DNA of 64,000 nucleotides from Desulfatiglandales bacterium (GTDB lineage Bacteria > Desulfobacterota > DSM-4660 > Desulfatiglandales > HGW-15). Numbering within the stretch: position 1 is the stretch's first letter; each line of letters begins with the position of its first letter. Location of the stretch: assembly GCA_963667015.2 (NCBI GenBank), contig CAXXJJ010000004.1:2336001-2400000 (forward strand). Reading direction: 5' to 3'. The position numbers and the translations under genes were made by a program. Below the pieces are notes generated by a model that did no database searches, had not been told where the DNA came from, and saw only the letters and a program-made list of their open reading frames with translations. Below are positions 50,124 to 59,439 of this stretch, in pieces.

Positions 50124-52574
50124 TCAGGGTGTAATCGTATTGATTGCCATTGGAGGAGCAAGCAACCTGCTTACCTCTTTTACAATAATATCTTCACTCA
50201 AAATGAATACAGCGGACTGTCTGATGTCCTTTGAGGAAGCACCTATCTGAACCTTATATTCGCCTTTATCAGCAAACCATGAAGAAGAGCCTGTATCAAA
50301 ACTTGCAAGGCTGCGCCGGTTAAGGGTGAATGTCAGTGTTTCGGACTCGCCTGTTTTAAGGAGTTTTGTTTTTCCAAAGGCCTTGAGTTCCTTTACCGGT
50401 TTGTTAATCTTTACTGCCGGGGCTGAGATATAAACCTGGACAACCTCACGACCAGGGATATCACCAGTATTTTTTATGTCCAATGATACAGTTAATGTTT
50501 CATTAAATTCCTTTTCACTGATTTTTATGTTGCTGTATTCAAATCCGGTATAGGACAGGCCATAACCAAACTCATAGGCAACAGGAACATTAAAGGAATC
50601 ATAATACCTGTAGCCTACATATATGTCATCTTCATATACCACCCTTGCAGGTACCTTTCTCATAAAGGGGGACAGTTTTTCATTTTCAGCCTTTTGTTCT
50701 TCACTCAAAGGCAATTCAACACCGGGAAAGTTGTTTGCAGAAGGCACATCGTCATATGAAACCGGAAACGAGGACGTAAGTTTTCCTGAAGGATTTACCC
50801 TTCCGCTTATTACATCGACAATGGAATTGCCTGTTTCCTGACCCGGCTGCCATGCAAGAAGAATCGCATCAGGAAAATCTCTCCAGCTCGCTGTTTCAAT
50901 GACCCCGCCTATATTAAGGATGACAACGGTTTCTTTATTCCTTTTCCTGAATTCAGTGCTGACATTTTTAATTAGGTCCAGTTCATTTTCAGTAAGATAA
51001 AAATCACCCGGTTCGGGTTTTCTGTCACCGCCCTCTCCGGAGTTTCGGCCTATTGTAACCAGGGCCGCATCCAATGTATCTGCAAACTTCATTATAGAGG
51101 CCTTTTCCATCCGCATTTCAGGTATCGGTTCCGCCCCGAAAAATGCCATGGCAGGTTTTTCCTGTTTTTCTTCGGCCTCTTTCATATAGGACTGATACAC
51201 CTCCATGATTGATTCATCAATTGAATATCCGGCGTTATTCAGGCCATCGATGAGCGACACACTGTATCCCTCGTTTACATCGCCGCTGCCAGTCCCGCCA
51301 GTAATAATTTTATATGATGTCTTACCGAATACAGCCACCTTTTTTATATTTTGAGCAAGAGGAAGTGCCCCGCTATTATTCTTGAGCAGTACAATACCGT
51401 CAGCTGCCGCTTTTCTTGCTACCGCTGCATTTGCCTTTAGGGAGGGTTTGTCTGAATATTTATAACCATTAAACCTGGGGGTTTTCAGGATGATGTTCAG
51501 GATTCTTTCAACGTTTTTATCAAGTATCTTTTCGTCAAGCCGGCCCTCTTTTACTGCCGCTGCAATCTCCTTTGACTGGTTTCTGTTTCCGGGCATAATA
51601 AGGTCATTACCGGCCTTCATCTGTGCTACAACGTCAATTCCCCCGCCCCAGTCGGTCATCACATAACCCTTAAAACCCCAGTCATCCCTGAGGACATTTG
51701 TTAAAAGATCGTGACTCTCAGAGGTGTATGTTCCGTTTAATCTGTTATATGAAGACATTACAGTCCAGGGCTGGGCCTCTTCAACTGCTATCCTGAATCC
51801 CTCAAGGTAGAGTTCCCTTAAGGCCCTTTCACTGACGATTGTATCAACCGAATTCCGGTTTGTTTCCTGGTTATTTGCTGCATAATGCTTTATTGAGGTG
51901 CCGACGCCATTTGACTGTATTCCCTTTACCATGGCTGCGGCCATTTTTCCCGTTACATAAGGGTCTTCCGAATAATACTCAAAATTTCTCCCGCACAGGG
52001 GATTTCTGTGCAGATTCATGCCGGGGGCAAGTATTGTATCAGCCCCATATTCCAGTACTTCATTACCCATTGCACTCCCCACACTCTTTACCAGCTCAGT
52101 ATCCCAGGTTGATGCCAGAAGAGTGGCAATGGGAAAGGCCGTACAATAATATGTATCAGTACTCCCTTCCCTTTCGGGATCAATTCTCAGGCCCGCAGGA
52201 CCGTCTGCCACAACCATTGAGGGAATTCCCAGCCTCGGTATTTCGGCTGTTCTTCCCGCTGATCCGGGAGTATATTTTTTTATTCTTTCGACCATGGCGT
52301 CATATTCCGGATCCGGTTCTTCTGTTTCTCCTGTGAGTGCTCCAAATGGATTGTCTCCTTCTGGCAGGTTTTCCAGCATGGATGCAGGAATATCCATACC
52401 CGTACCGCAAACAAGCATGGCCTTTTCATCGAGGGTCATTGAGGCAACTATCTCGGGAATACCTGCCTCCCCCAGTTTTGGTGTGTCAGCCGGTTTTTGC
52501 TTACAGGCGACCGTTATAAGGCAAAGACTAAATAATATAGACAAAGCAGGTATCCTCCAGATATTTATGTCCAT
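50124..52574 (-). CDS. Glycoside hydrolase family 3 beta-glucosidase (lipoprotein, Fn3-like C-terminus)
   Basis: Lipobox TVAC; ADGPAGLR, GRNFEYYSEDP, IKHYAANNQE, VMTDWG nucleophile, SGEG.DR, YEFGYGLSY. Confidence 0.95.
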   Translation of the reverse strand: MDINIWRIPALSILFSLCLITVACKQKPADTPKLGEAGIPEIVASMTLDEKAMLVCGTGMDIPASMLENLPEGDNPFGALTGETEEPDPEYDAMVERIKKYTPGSAGRTAEIPRLGIPSMVVADGPAGLRIDPEREGSTDTYYCTAFPIATLLASTWDTELVKSVGSAMGNEVLEYGADTILAPGMNLHRNPLCGRNFEYYSEDPYVTGKMAAAMVKGIQSNGVGTSIKHYAANNQETNRNSVDTIVSERALRELYLEGFRIAVEEAQPWTVMSSYNRLNGTYTSESHDLLTNVLRDDWGFKGYVMTDWGGGIDVVAQMKAGNDLIMPGNRNQSKEIAAAVKEGRLDEKILDKNVERILNIILKTPRFNGYKYSDKPSLKANAAVARKAAADGIVLLKNNSGALPLAQNIKKVAVFGKTSYKIITGGTGSGDVNEGYSVSLIDGLNNAGYSIDESIMEVYQSYMKEAEEKQEKPAMAFFGAEPIPEMRMEKASIMKFADTLDAALVTIGRNSGEGGDRKPEPGDFYLTENELDLIKNVSTEFRKRNKETVVILNIGGVIETASWRDFPDAILLAWQPGQETGNSIVDVISGRVNPSGKLTSSFPVSYDDVPSANNFPGVELPLSEEQKAENEKLSPFMRKVPARVVYEDDIYVGYRYYDSFNVPVAYEFGYGLSYTGFEYSNIKISEKEFNETLTVSLDIKNTGDIPGREVVQVYISAPAVKINKPVKELKAFGKTKLLKTGESETLTFTLNRRSLASFDTGSSSWFADKGEYKVQIGASSKDIRQSAVFILSEDIIVKEVSRLLAPPMAINTITP

Positions 52575-52752
52575 CGTTCTCCCCCATTTTTTAAATAAAT
52601 TCCTGAATAAATTGATTAGGATACAAATCTGCTTAATGCCCTGGGTTCTCTAGTATTCATAGTTGAAATGTCACATATGCAGCGGTGAAATACCCATTAT
52701 ACTTGCTGGTTCCCGGCCACTACACTGAATCTATTTCTCCTTACGAAGGGTT

Positions 52753-52795
52753 GATAGTGTCCAACAAAAAACATCGTTTTTTATCGGACACTATC
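52753..52795. repeat. 43-bp palindrome with MITE-like ends; possible terminator or stabilising hairpin
   Basis: GATAGTGTCC-AACAAAAAAC-ATC-GTTTTTTATC-GGACACTATC, 7 nt after the stop of 52803-54698. Confidence 0.7.
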
Positions 52796-52802
52796 CGGTA
52801 GT

Positions 52803-54698
52803 TTATTCCCAACCTGTTGTAAGTCCGGTTCCAGGATAGAAATATCCTATTGCCTCAATTTCATATATCTTGCCATTGCGGATTTTAAATATATGGGCAG
52901 CAGGCAGTTCAAACGGCCCCCACTCGTTGGCAAATTCGGTAATTCCGGGTACACCGGTAATCTTCATCACCTTGGGCTCGCCATTGTGACGGAAAATGGA
53001 AAAGACGAATACCAGACCTTTTTCCTCATCAACGGCAAAAACCCGCCGGTCCGAGATATCGGTAATATAACTAAGCCGTCCGGTATCGAGCTGGTCAGAG
53101 CATTTATATGTACTGAATATATCCACTCCCTCGTTTCCTGTCCGGTCATTTGCAGCAATACTTCCATTCTCCCTGCGCTCACATTCATCAGCAAAAGGTG
53201 CAACCTTGCCATTGTTCTGCAATATGGCTTCGTAGTATGAGTCGGCAATCTCAATCATCTTCTCACGGGCAATGCGCTCCATCTTGGGCTGGCGCTCAAG
53301 CAGTGCCGGACGCACCTTTGCCATATTGGGGTTCAGAGGCTCTCCATTTTCATTATGAACAACAAGATGATCTATTTTTGTAATCTGGTGATTTTCAATT
53401 TTGAGACGTATTGCTGCAATAGTAGGCTTATTATTCTCTTCGATTACTCCCATAAAGGCGACCTCATCAGCAGCCTCGTCAGCAACGATGATCTTGAAAT
53501 CAGTAGGCCCGGCACTTGCAGTCTTCCAGAGACCCTCTCCTATCGGAATCTTTTTGTTGTTTTCCACAAGAACCGCGTCCTCTGTCAGAGGAATAACTGA
53601 AGGATCATTCTCTCCCAGGGCATCAAGATACTGAGACATTATATCTGCAAGGCATTTTCTGTTGCAGCTCCAGCCGTCACCTGCCTGATATGGGGCGTCA
53701 AGTATTGCCATTGCCTCTATCTCGTATATCTTTCCATTCCTGATCTTGTAGATATGTGCGGCCGGGACAGTAAACTGTCCCCATTCATTTTTACGCTCAG
53801 TCAGTTCAGGAATATTTTTAACAGGCATGGGATCTGGCTCACCGTCATGATTAAACACAGAATAAACCATGACAAGTCCCATCTCTTCATCTATTGCAAC
53901 CGGGCGAAGCTGATTGATATCAGTTATATACCGCCACATACCGGTATCCATCTGCTGGGCACATGTCATCTTCATGAAGGTAAGCATTCCTCCGGCAGAT
54001 GTCATAGCCCCGTCACCCATCTGTGGAGCCTGGTTGTTGGCCGTGGTCATACCATTTTCATTTCTCTGGCATTCATCCGCATAGGGCGCAATTGAACCGT
54101 CATTCAGCTCAAGGGAAGGATAATATGCAAGGGCGGCCTTCAGCATCTCCTCCCTGGGAGTTTTATCTGTCTCGGGCAATTTTTCAACAAGTGCATGCCT
54201 GGGGGCCTTAAGGCCTTCGGGTATGGTATTGCCGGCCATTTCAGATGCAGCAGGAGATACCATGTGATCGATCTCGGTTATTTTTCCGTTCTCCAGCTTC
54301 AGACGGGCGCCCAGTATAACAGGTTTTCCATCGCTTTCCATAACTCCCATAAAACCGATACGTTCGCCTGCCGGATCAGCAATATAGATTTTAAAATCTG
54401 CGGGAAGTTTGGAGGCTGTTTTCCACAGTCCCTCCCCTATGGGTGTAGGCTTGGTATTTTGTACCAGCTTCACCTTATCAGAAAGAGGGATTCCTGAAGG
54501 ATCATGATTAACAAGGGCTGAAAGATACTGATCCATCAGATTTATAAGATCTTCCCTGGTGTACTGGTTTGAAGATTCCGGTGAAACAGGTGCTGCATCC
54601 TCAGTGGAAGTTGGAGTCTCATCTGATGGCGAAGAACACGCAGAAACAAATAAGCAAAAGACAAATAAAAAACTAAAAAGCAGTAGTAATTTTTTCAT
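52803..54698 (-). CDS. Lipoprotein made of two tandem homologous ~290-aa domains (NTF2/SnoaL-like by inference)
   Basis: Lipobox VSAC; each half has QYL.AL..DPS.IPL, IGEGLWKTAS, DEC.R.ENG, PAAHI.KIRNGKIYEIEA..GW; start at ATG 54698 after AGGGGG. Confidence 0.85.
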   Translation of the reverse strand: MKKLLLLFSFLFVFCLFVSACSSPSDETPTSTEDAAPVSPESSNQYTREDLINLMDQYLSALVNHDPSGIPLSDKVKLVQNTKPTPIGEGLWKTASKLPADFKIYIADPAGERIGFMGVMESDGKPVILGARLKLENGKITEIDHMVSPAASEMAGNTIPEGLKAPRHALVEKLPETDKTPREEMLKAALAYYPSLELNDGSIAPYADECQRNENGMTTANNQAPQMGDGAMTSAGGMLTFMKMTCAQQMDTGMWRYITDINQLRPVAIDEEMGLVMVYSVFNHDGEPDPMPVKNIPELTERKNEWGQFTVPAAHIYKIRNGKIYEIEAMAILDAPYQAGDGWSCNRKCLADIMSQYLDALGENDPSVIPLTEDAVLVENNKKIPIGEGLWKTASAGPTDFKIIVADEAADEVAFMGVIEENNKPTIAAIRLKIENHQITKIDHLVVHNENGEPLNPNMAKVRPALLERQPKMERIAREKMIEIADSYYEAILQNNGKVAPFADECERRENGSIAANDRTGNEGVDIFSTYKCSDQLDTGRLSYITDISDRRVFAVDEEKGLVFVFSIFRHNGEPKVMKITGVPGITEFANEWGPFELPAAHIFKIRNGKIYEIEAIGYFYPGTGLTTGWE

Positions 54699-54838
54699 GG
54701 AGCCCCCTTTTGGTTGTGCCCTGAACAAACCAGAGTAATCATAAAGATAATCTAGCGAGATATATTATGACACCCTGCATTTAAAAGGCTGAATAAGTTG
54801 TACCTGTTTGAAATAAAAAGATATTTCTTTTTAAACGG

Positions 54839-54867
54839 ACTATAGGAATATACACATTGTGTGTCAA
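54839..54867 (-). promoter_or_regulatory. sigma70 promoter with palindromic operator-like spacer
   Basis: Minus strand TTGACA-N17-TATAGT; ACACA-T-TGTGT palindrome at 54852-54862. Confidence 0.6.
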
Positions 54868-54966
54868 GAGATTTAGGAAGAGAGATAAAACCCGTTACCG
54901 CTTTCATGTATAAGCCACTGGATATTTATCACAGGCTGCCGGACCAATGCATAAACTGTATTGTAC

Positions 54967-57378
54967 CTATAGTGGCTTTTGTTTTTTTGCATGCCTTGTC
55001 AGAACCGATTTGATATAAACAGCTAATGCCCTTACCGCACTGTCTGCGGACCGGAATATCACCATACCTTTTTTTGCCAGCTCCCTGGCCATTGGATCAT
55101 AAAGGCTTCCTGCATCAACCACGCCTATGACCGGCTTTTCAAGTGACTCAACAAGCCCCGGAAGCTCCATAACTATGCTTCCCGGTTTTTTATAATCATA
55201 TTTTCCATCCTTTGATTCCGGGAGTGTCCTGGTTGAAGGCGATAAAGGATCAAGGCCCACAACAACAGCATCCACATTATCATCTTCTGCAAGATATTTA
55301 ACCGCAAGGATATGGGCTTCATCATCAGATCCGGGATTCAGATCCAGAGGATTTTTCACCTCTGTAAGATGAGTAAGACCCTTTTGACTGAGCAGGGTTT
55401 CAAGGCGTTTTACTGTTTTATTTTTAAGTGCAGCCAGTTCCACATGACAGCCGTCTGCACTTATGCTGTCGGCCATGCCTACTGCCTCAAAACCGGCCCC
55501 GCTTAATGCCGCTACCCTGTTGCCCCTGATATTTTTTTTATTCAGCACTTTTGCTATCATCAACAGATCTGTAAATTGTGTAAAGCTCGATGCCACAATT
55601 CCTCCCGCCTGTCTGACGCATGATTCAAAAATCATGTAATCACCGGCTATAGAAGCTGTGTGACTACCTGTTGCGCTTCTTCCTTCAGGGGTTCTGCCTG
55701 CCTTATAGACTATTACGTCCTTGCCATTACCTGCTGCCTCTTCCAGTGCCATTATAAAAGTCAGCCCGTCAAAATCCTTAAAACCCTCTGCATACACGGC
55801 AATCACATCAATATCTTCCCTGTCCTTCAGGTAATGCATCATGTCACCCAATGTAAGGTCATTCTGATTACCTATGGATATCATATAGGCAGGATCAAGT
55901 TCAGGCACCCTGCTTGCCCTCGTTATCATGAATGCCCCGCTCTGGCCAACAAATGCAACATTTCTTCTATGTGCACCTCTCTGCTTGGGGAGCTTTTCTT
56001 CAGGGATGAAAAGCGTGTCATATTTTCCAGGATGAGATACTATTCCGAGAGAGTTAGCACCAAGAAAGACAGGGCCTCCGTCTTCACGCAAATGACTTCG
56101 TCTGATCCTCTTATTGATCAGCACTGCGGCATCTATGCTTTCTCCTGTTTCTCCGATTCCTCCGGGGATGAGCAGTACCGATTCACATATCTGTTTTTCC
56201 GTTACCTTTTCAACAATATCCGGAACCTGATCTGCCCTGACTGCCACCACAAGGAGATCAATCTTTTGATCAAGACTGTCGAGATCCGGAACACAGCGAA
56301 CACCCTTAAAGTTATCTTCACCCGGACGAATGATGCGCATATTTTTCTTCTCAAATCCGTTGGCGATTATATTATTTAAAATAATCTGTCCGAAATTAAC
56401 CCTTGTTGTTGAAACACCTATTATTGCTATTGATTCAGGATGGAGAAGGTTATCTATCTTGCGCCATGGTCTTTTAGCGGGAACAGGCTTGGGAGCCCTG
56501 AACCTGCATAACCCATCCAGTGGTACCAGGTTGGGTCCGGAAAACACAAACGGATTAATTTCAAGTTCTTCAATAAGGAACGGTGCATCGGGGTTTGAGG
56601 GTGAGTAATAATTGGCAAGTGATATAAATGCTGAAAAACATTTTATAAGCTGAGTGTCAACTGGAACGGCCTTCTGCCCCCTGGTAAGTCCTGAGAGTTT
56701 TTTATAGCTGACAGTATTTTTAAATATTTCCAGAAATTTCTCACCGGTAATCATCGCAGTGGCAGCCGTTACAAAACCCATTCCTTTGCGAAACGTATCT
56801 GCAAAAAGCTCTGTATCTGTACCGCCTATACCTGCGGTAATGATCATGCCAAATTCGCGAGTGTTTTTTATACCGACAATCAGTTCACTGCCAAAGGCAT
56901 TCAGATCCGATGGAACATACTGAACCAGCAGAACACCTTTAATATCTTTTTCAATGGCTGATCTTAATTCCTTGCCTGAAAGCCCGCTATATCTTTTAAC
57001 TTCGGGCAGTGTTCCCTGTTCGAGCATCCGGGCATAATTATCCGGGACATCGGTCAGCATCAGTTGAACCGCTCGTCTGATATTCTCAGGCGTTTTTTCG
57101 ACGATTTTTACACCGCCGGCATCCGTCTTATGAGTTATTTGGGGCGAGACAATCTTAAGAACTATCCTGTCACCGGGAATGGACATCAGTTCTTCTCCAG
57201 GACATTCAATATTTCTCCTTAAAAATATTGTTGCAGGCGGAGTAATACCTCCCAGACATTTTAAAAGTTCATAGGTCTCGTGTTCAAAGAGCTGATGTCT
57301 TTCTTCATTTTCGGCTGTTTTAAAAAGATTTGAAATCAGATCGTAATTCATATCTTGATTTACCTCTGAGATTATCAT
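54967..57378 (-). CDS. Acetate/acyl-CoA ligase (ADP-forming), ATP-grasp-first fusion
   Basis: VLKIVSP.ITHKTDAGGV, ELEINP, PESIAIIGVS, GANSLG, QSGA, SIGNQ.DL, KAGRT..SHTAS catalytic His, NPLDL; likely start 57351. Confidence 0.92.
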   Translation of the reverse strand: MIISEVNQDMNYDLISNLFKTAENEERHQLFEHETYELLKCLGGITPPATIFLRRNIECPGEELMSIPGDRIVLKIVSPQITHKTDAGGVKIVEKTPENIRRAVQLMLTDVPDNYARMLEQGTLPEVKRYSGLSGKELRSAIEKDIKGVLLVQYVPSDLNAFGSELIVGIKNTREFGMIITAGIGGTDTELFADTFRKGMGFVTAATAMITGEKFLEIFKNTVSYKKLSGLTRGQKAVPVDTQLIKCFSAFISLANYYSPSNPDAPFLIEELEINPFVFSGPNLVPLDGLCRFRAPKPVPAKRPWRKIDNLLHPESIAIIGVSTTRVNFGQIILNNIIANGFEKKNMRIIRPGEDNFKGVRCVPDLDSLDQKIDLLVVAVRADQVPDIVEKVTEKQICESVLLIPGGIGETGESIDAAVLINKRIRRSHLREDGGPVFLGANSLGIVSHPGKYDTLFIPEEKLPKQRGAHRRNVAFVGQSGAFMITRASRVPELDPAYMISIGNQNDLTLGDMMHYLKDREDIDVIAVYAEGFKDFDGLTFIMALEEAAGNGKDVIVYKAGRTPEGRSATGSHTASIAGDYMIFESCVRQAGGIVASSFTQFTDLLMIAKVLNKKNIRGNRVAALSGAGFEAVGMADSISADGCHVELAALKNKTVKRLETLLSQKGLTHLTEVKNPLDLNPGSDDEAHILAVKYLAEDDNVDAVVVGLDPLSPSTRTLPESKDGKYDYKKPGSIVMELPGLVESLEKPVIGVVDAGSLYDPMARELAKKGMVIFRSADSAVRALAVYIKSVLTRHAKKQKPL

Positions 57379-57492
57379 TTACAGGGCTACGACTACATTT
57401 TTCAAGATATTAGCCAAAGATCAGGTTGAACACAAGACAGAAAAACCATTTAAACACATATCATGCTTAAATTGTATTCCAGATTAATTAAA

Positions 57493-58728
57493 TCAGGCAA
57501 ATCTCAGTTCCGCACTTGTACCCTTTCCCTGTTGACTGACAATATTGAAGTTCCAGTTCAGGCGTTCACATAACCTTTTCACAATTGTCAAACCAAGCCC
57601 CTTTCCCTGCTGAGCCGGATCAATCCCAGGTCCGCTGTCACGAACGAATATTCTGTCTTTAGCAATCGAGATATCTACATTACCTTCCTGTGTATACATG
57701 AAGGAATTCCTGATAAGGTTGCTGACTGCTATTGATGTAAGGGATTCCGGAGCCTGAACAGTTAAAGAGCCTGGTATGTTTAGAGTAACCTCAACCGGTT
57801 TACCTTCAAGTATATGCCGACATGATTCAACCACACCTGTTATTACTGCTGATAAATCACACCACTCATCCTCGTCCGGTTTCTCTCCCTGACGGGCAAG
57901 CAGCAGAAAAGTTTCAATCAGTTTTTCCATTTCGGATACTGCGCGTCCAATACGTGATAAAGGCTGCTGTATAACTGTAGTTTTTTCATTGCTTCTACTC
58001 TTAATAATTTCAACAGCGCCTTTGATCACGGTAACAGGCGTTCGAAGTTCATGGCTGGCATGTGCGGTAAATTCACGTTCCCTGGTGGTAAAATCGGAAA
58101 CGCTTTCCAGAAGCCGGTTAATTGTATTTACCAACGTACCGACTTCGTCTTTGGTTGAATTGTAATGGAGTCTTGTGGTCAAGTCATCAGGGGATAATGA
58201 CTGAACCTCCTGGGCCAGCTTTACTATGGGATTGAGAATTCTTTTTGATACTGACTTTGCCAGGGACCACCCTATAGCAAGCACAATCAAACCTGCACTT
58301 GTCAAACCTAATAATATAAGCATTTCAAATCGATCGGTAGTCTCAATTGATGCTACATCATAGAAAACATACAGTATTCGGTCTCTGGTCGGAATATCTA
58401 CAATTGAGATGTGATAATCAAAACCATCACCATCAATTTCATGATATCCAGACCTGAGACCGGCAATATAACCTTTAAGTTCTGAAGGAACATTTGAAAG
58501 TCCCTCGTATGCGGTAATATATTTTGGCAGGTGATTAGGAAGTTCTCCGCTTTCTTCAAGGTTTCGCTCGACAATATTTGCAATGTCTTTAACCTGGCGT
58601 TTAAAGACCTGGTCTTCAGACATATGAAGCATACCAAACAGTGCCCCTGAATAAAGCATGAGCAGTATGGCCAGATATCCACAAAAAAAATAGACAATTC
58701 TTGTTTTTAAGGTAGCGAGTTTTTTCAT
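57493..58728 (-). CDS. Membrane sensor histidine kinase with HAMP
   Basis: Two TM, HAMP (PI..L..DEVGTL), ASHELRTP, NLIRNS, DSGPG, GLGL. Confidence 0.92.
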   Translation of the reverse strand: MKKLATLKTRIVYFFCGYLAILLMLYSGALFGMLHMSEDQVFKRQVKDIANIVERNLEESGELPNHLPKYITAYEGLSNVPSELKGYIAGLRSGYHEIDGDGFDYHISIVDIPTRDRILYVFYDVASIETTDRFEMLILLGLTSAGLIVLAIGWSLAKSVSKRILNPIVKLAQEVQSLSPDDLTTRLHYNSTKDEVGTLVNTINRLLESVSDFTTREREFTAHASHELRTPVTVIKGAVEIIKSRSNEKTTVIQQPLSRIGRAVSEMEKLIETFLLLARQGEKPDEDEWCDLSAVITGVVESCRHILEGKPVEVTLNIPGSLTVQAPESLTSIAVSNLIRNSFMYTQEGNVDISIAKDRIFVRDSGPGIDPAQQGKGLGLTIVKRLCERLNWNFNIVSQQGKGTSAELRFA

Positions 58729-58730
58729 TA

Positions 58731-59432
58731 TTATGCCCTCATTCTGAAACCAACACCAACAACAGTCTCAATAAGTGATTCGTTTTCCGGATGGTCCAGG
58801 GCTTTACGCAGAGCATAAACATGGCTCCTCAGAACATCACTGTCAGGTTTATAATCACTCCATAACATATGTTCCAGATCAGCACGTGAAACAACACCGG
58901 GCGCTGCTTTCATGAGTTCAACAAGAATCTGAAAACATGTCCGGTTCAATTTTACATGCGCTCCATCCCTTGTTACAAGTCTCTGGCCTAAATCAACCTT
59001 CACTTTACCGACCTCAATAATTCGCTTAGTATCCGGTTTTGCCCTTCGTGCGAGGGCAAATAATCGAGCCTCCAGTTCTTCCAGTGAAAAGGGTTTAAGC
59101 ATATAATCATCTGTGCCGGAATCAAACCCCTCCAGTTTATCTTCGAGAGTATCCTTCGCTGTAAGCATTAAAACAGGCACGGCTTTATCCGTTTCTTCAC
59201 GCAGCCTCCTGCAAATGGAAAAGCCGTCTATCCCTGGCAGCATTATATCCAGCACAATAACATCAAGAGGCAGGGTAACAGCAAGATGCAGTCCGGTTAC
59301 TCCATCCATTGCAAAGTCAACAATGTGTCCCTTATCCTCAAGGTAGTCACCGATATTACAGGCAACATCCTGATTGTCTTCGACAATAAGCACCCGGAGC
59401 GATTCATGTGGTATTTTTTTAGTATTTTTCAT
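58731..59432 (-). CDS. OmpR-family response regulator
   Basis: LIVEDN, LDIMLP, LTAKD, KPF, winged helix LRSHVYALRKAL..IETVVGVGF. Confidence 0.94.
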   Translation of the reverse strand: MKNTKKIPHESLRVLIVEDNQDVACNIGDYLEDKGHIVDFAMDGVTGLHLAVTLPLDVIVLDIMLPGIDGFSICRRLREETDKAVPVLMLTAKDTLEDKLEGFDSGTDDYMLKPFSLEELEARLFALARRAKPDTKRIIEVGKVKVDLGQRLVTRDGAHVKLNRTCFQILVELMKAAPGVVSRADLEHMLWSDYKPDSDVLRSHVYALRKALDHPENESLIETVVGVGFRMRA

Positions 59433-59439
59433 ATGGCTA

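Noticed and set aside
55660..56379. 239-aa + strand ORF
   Set aside because: Antisense to the acyl-CoA ligase; no protein-like features
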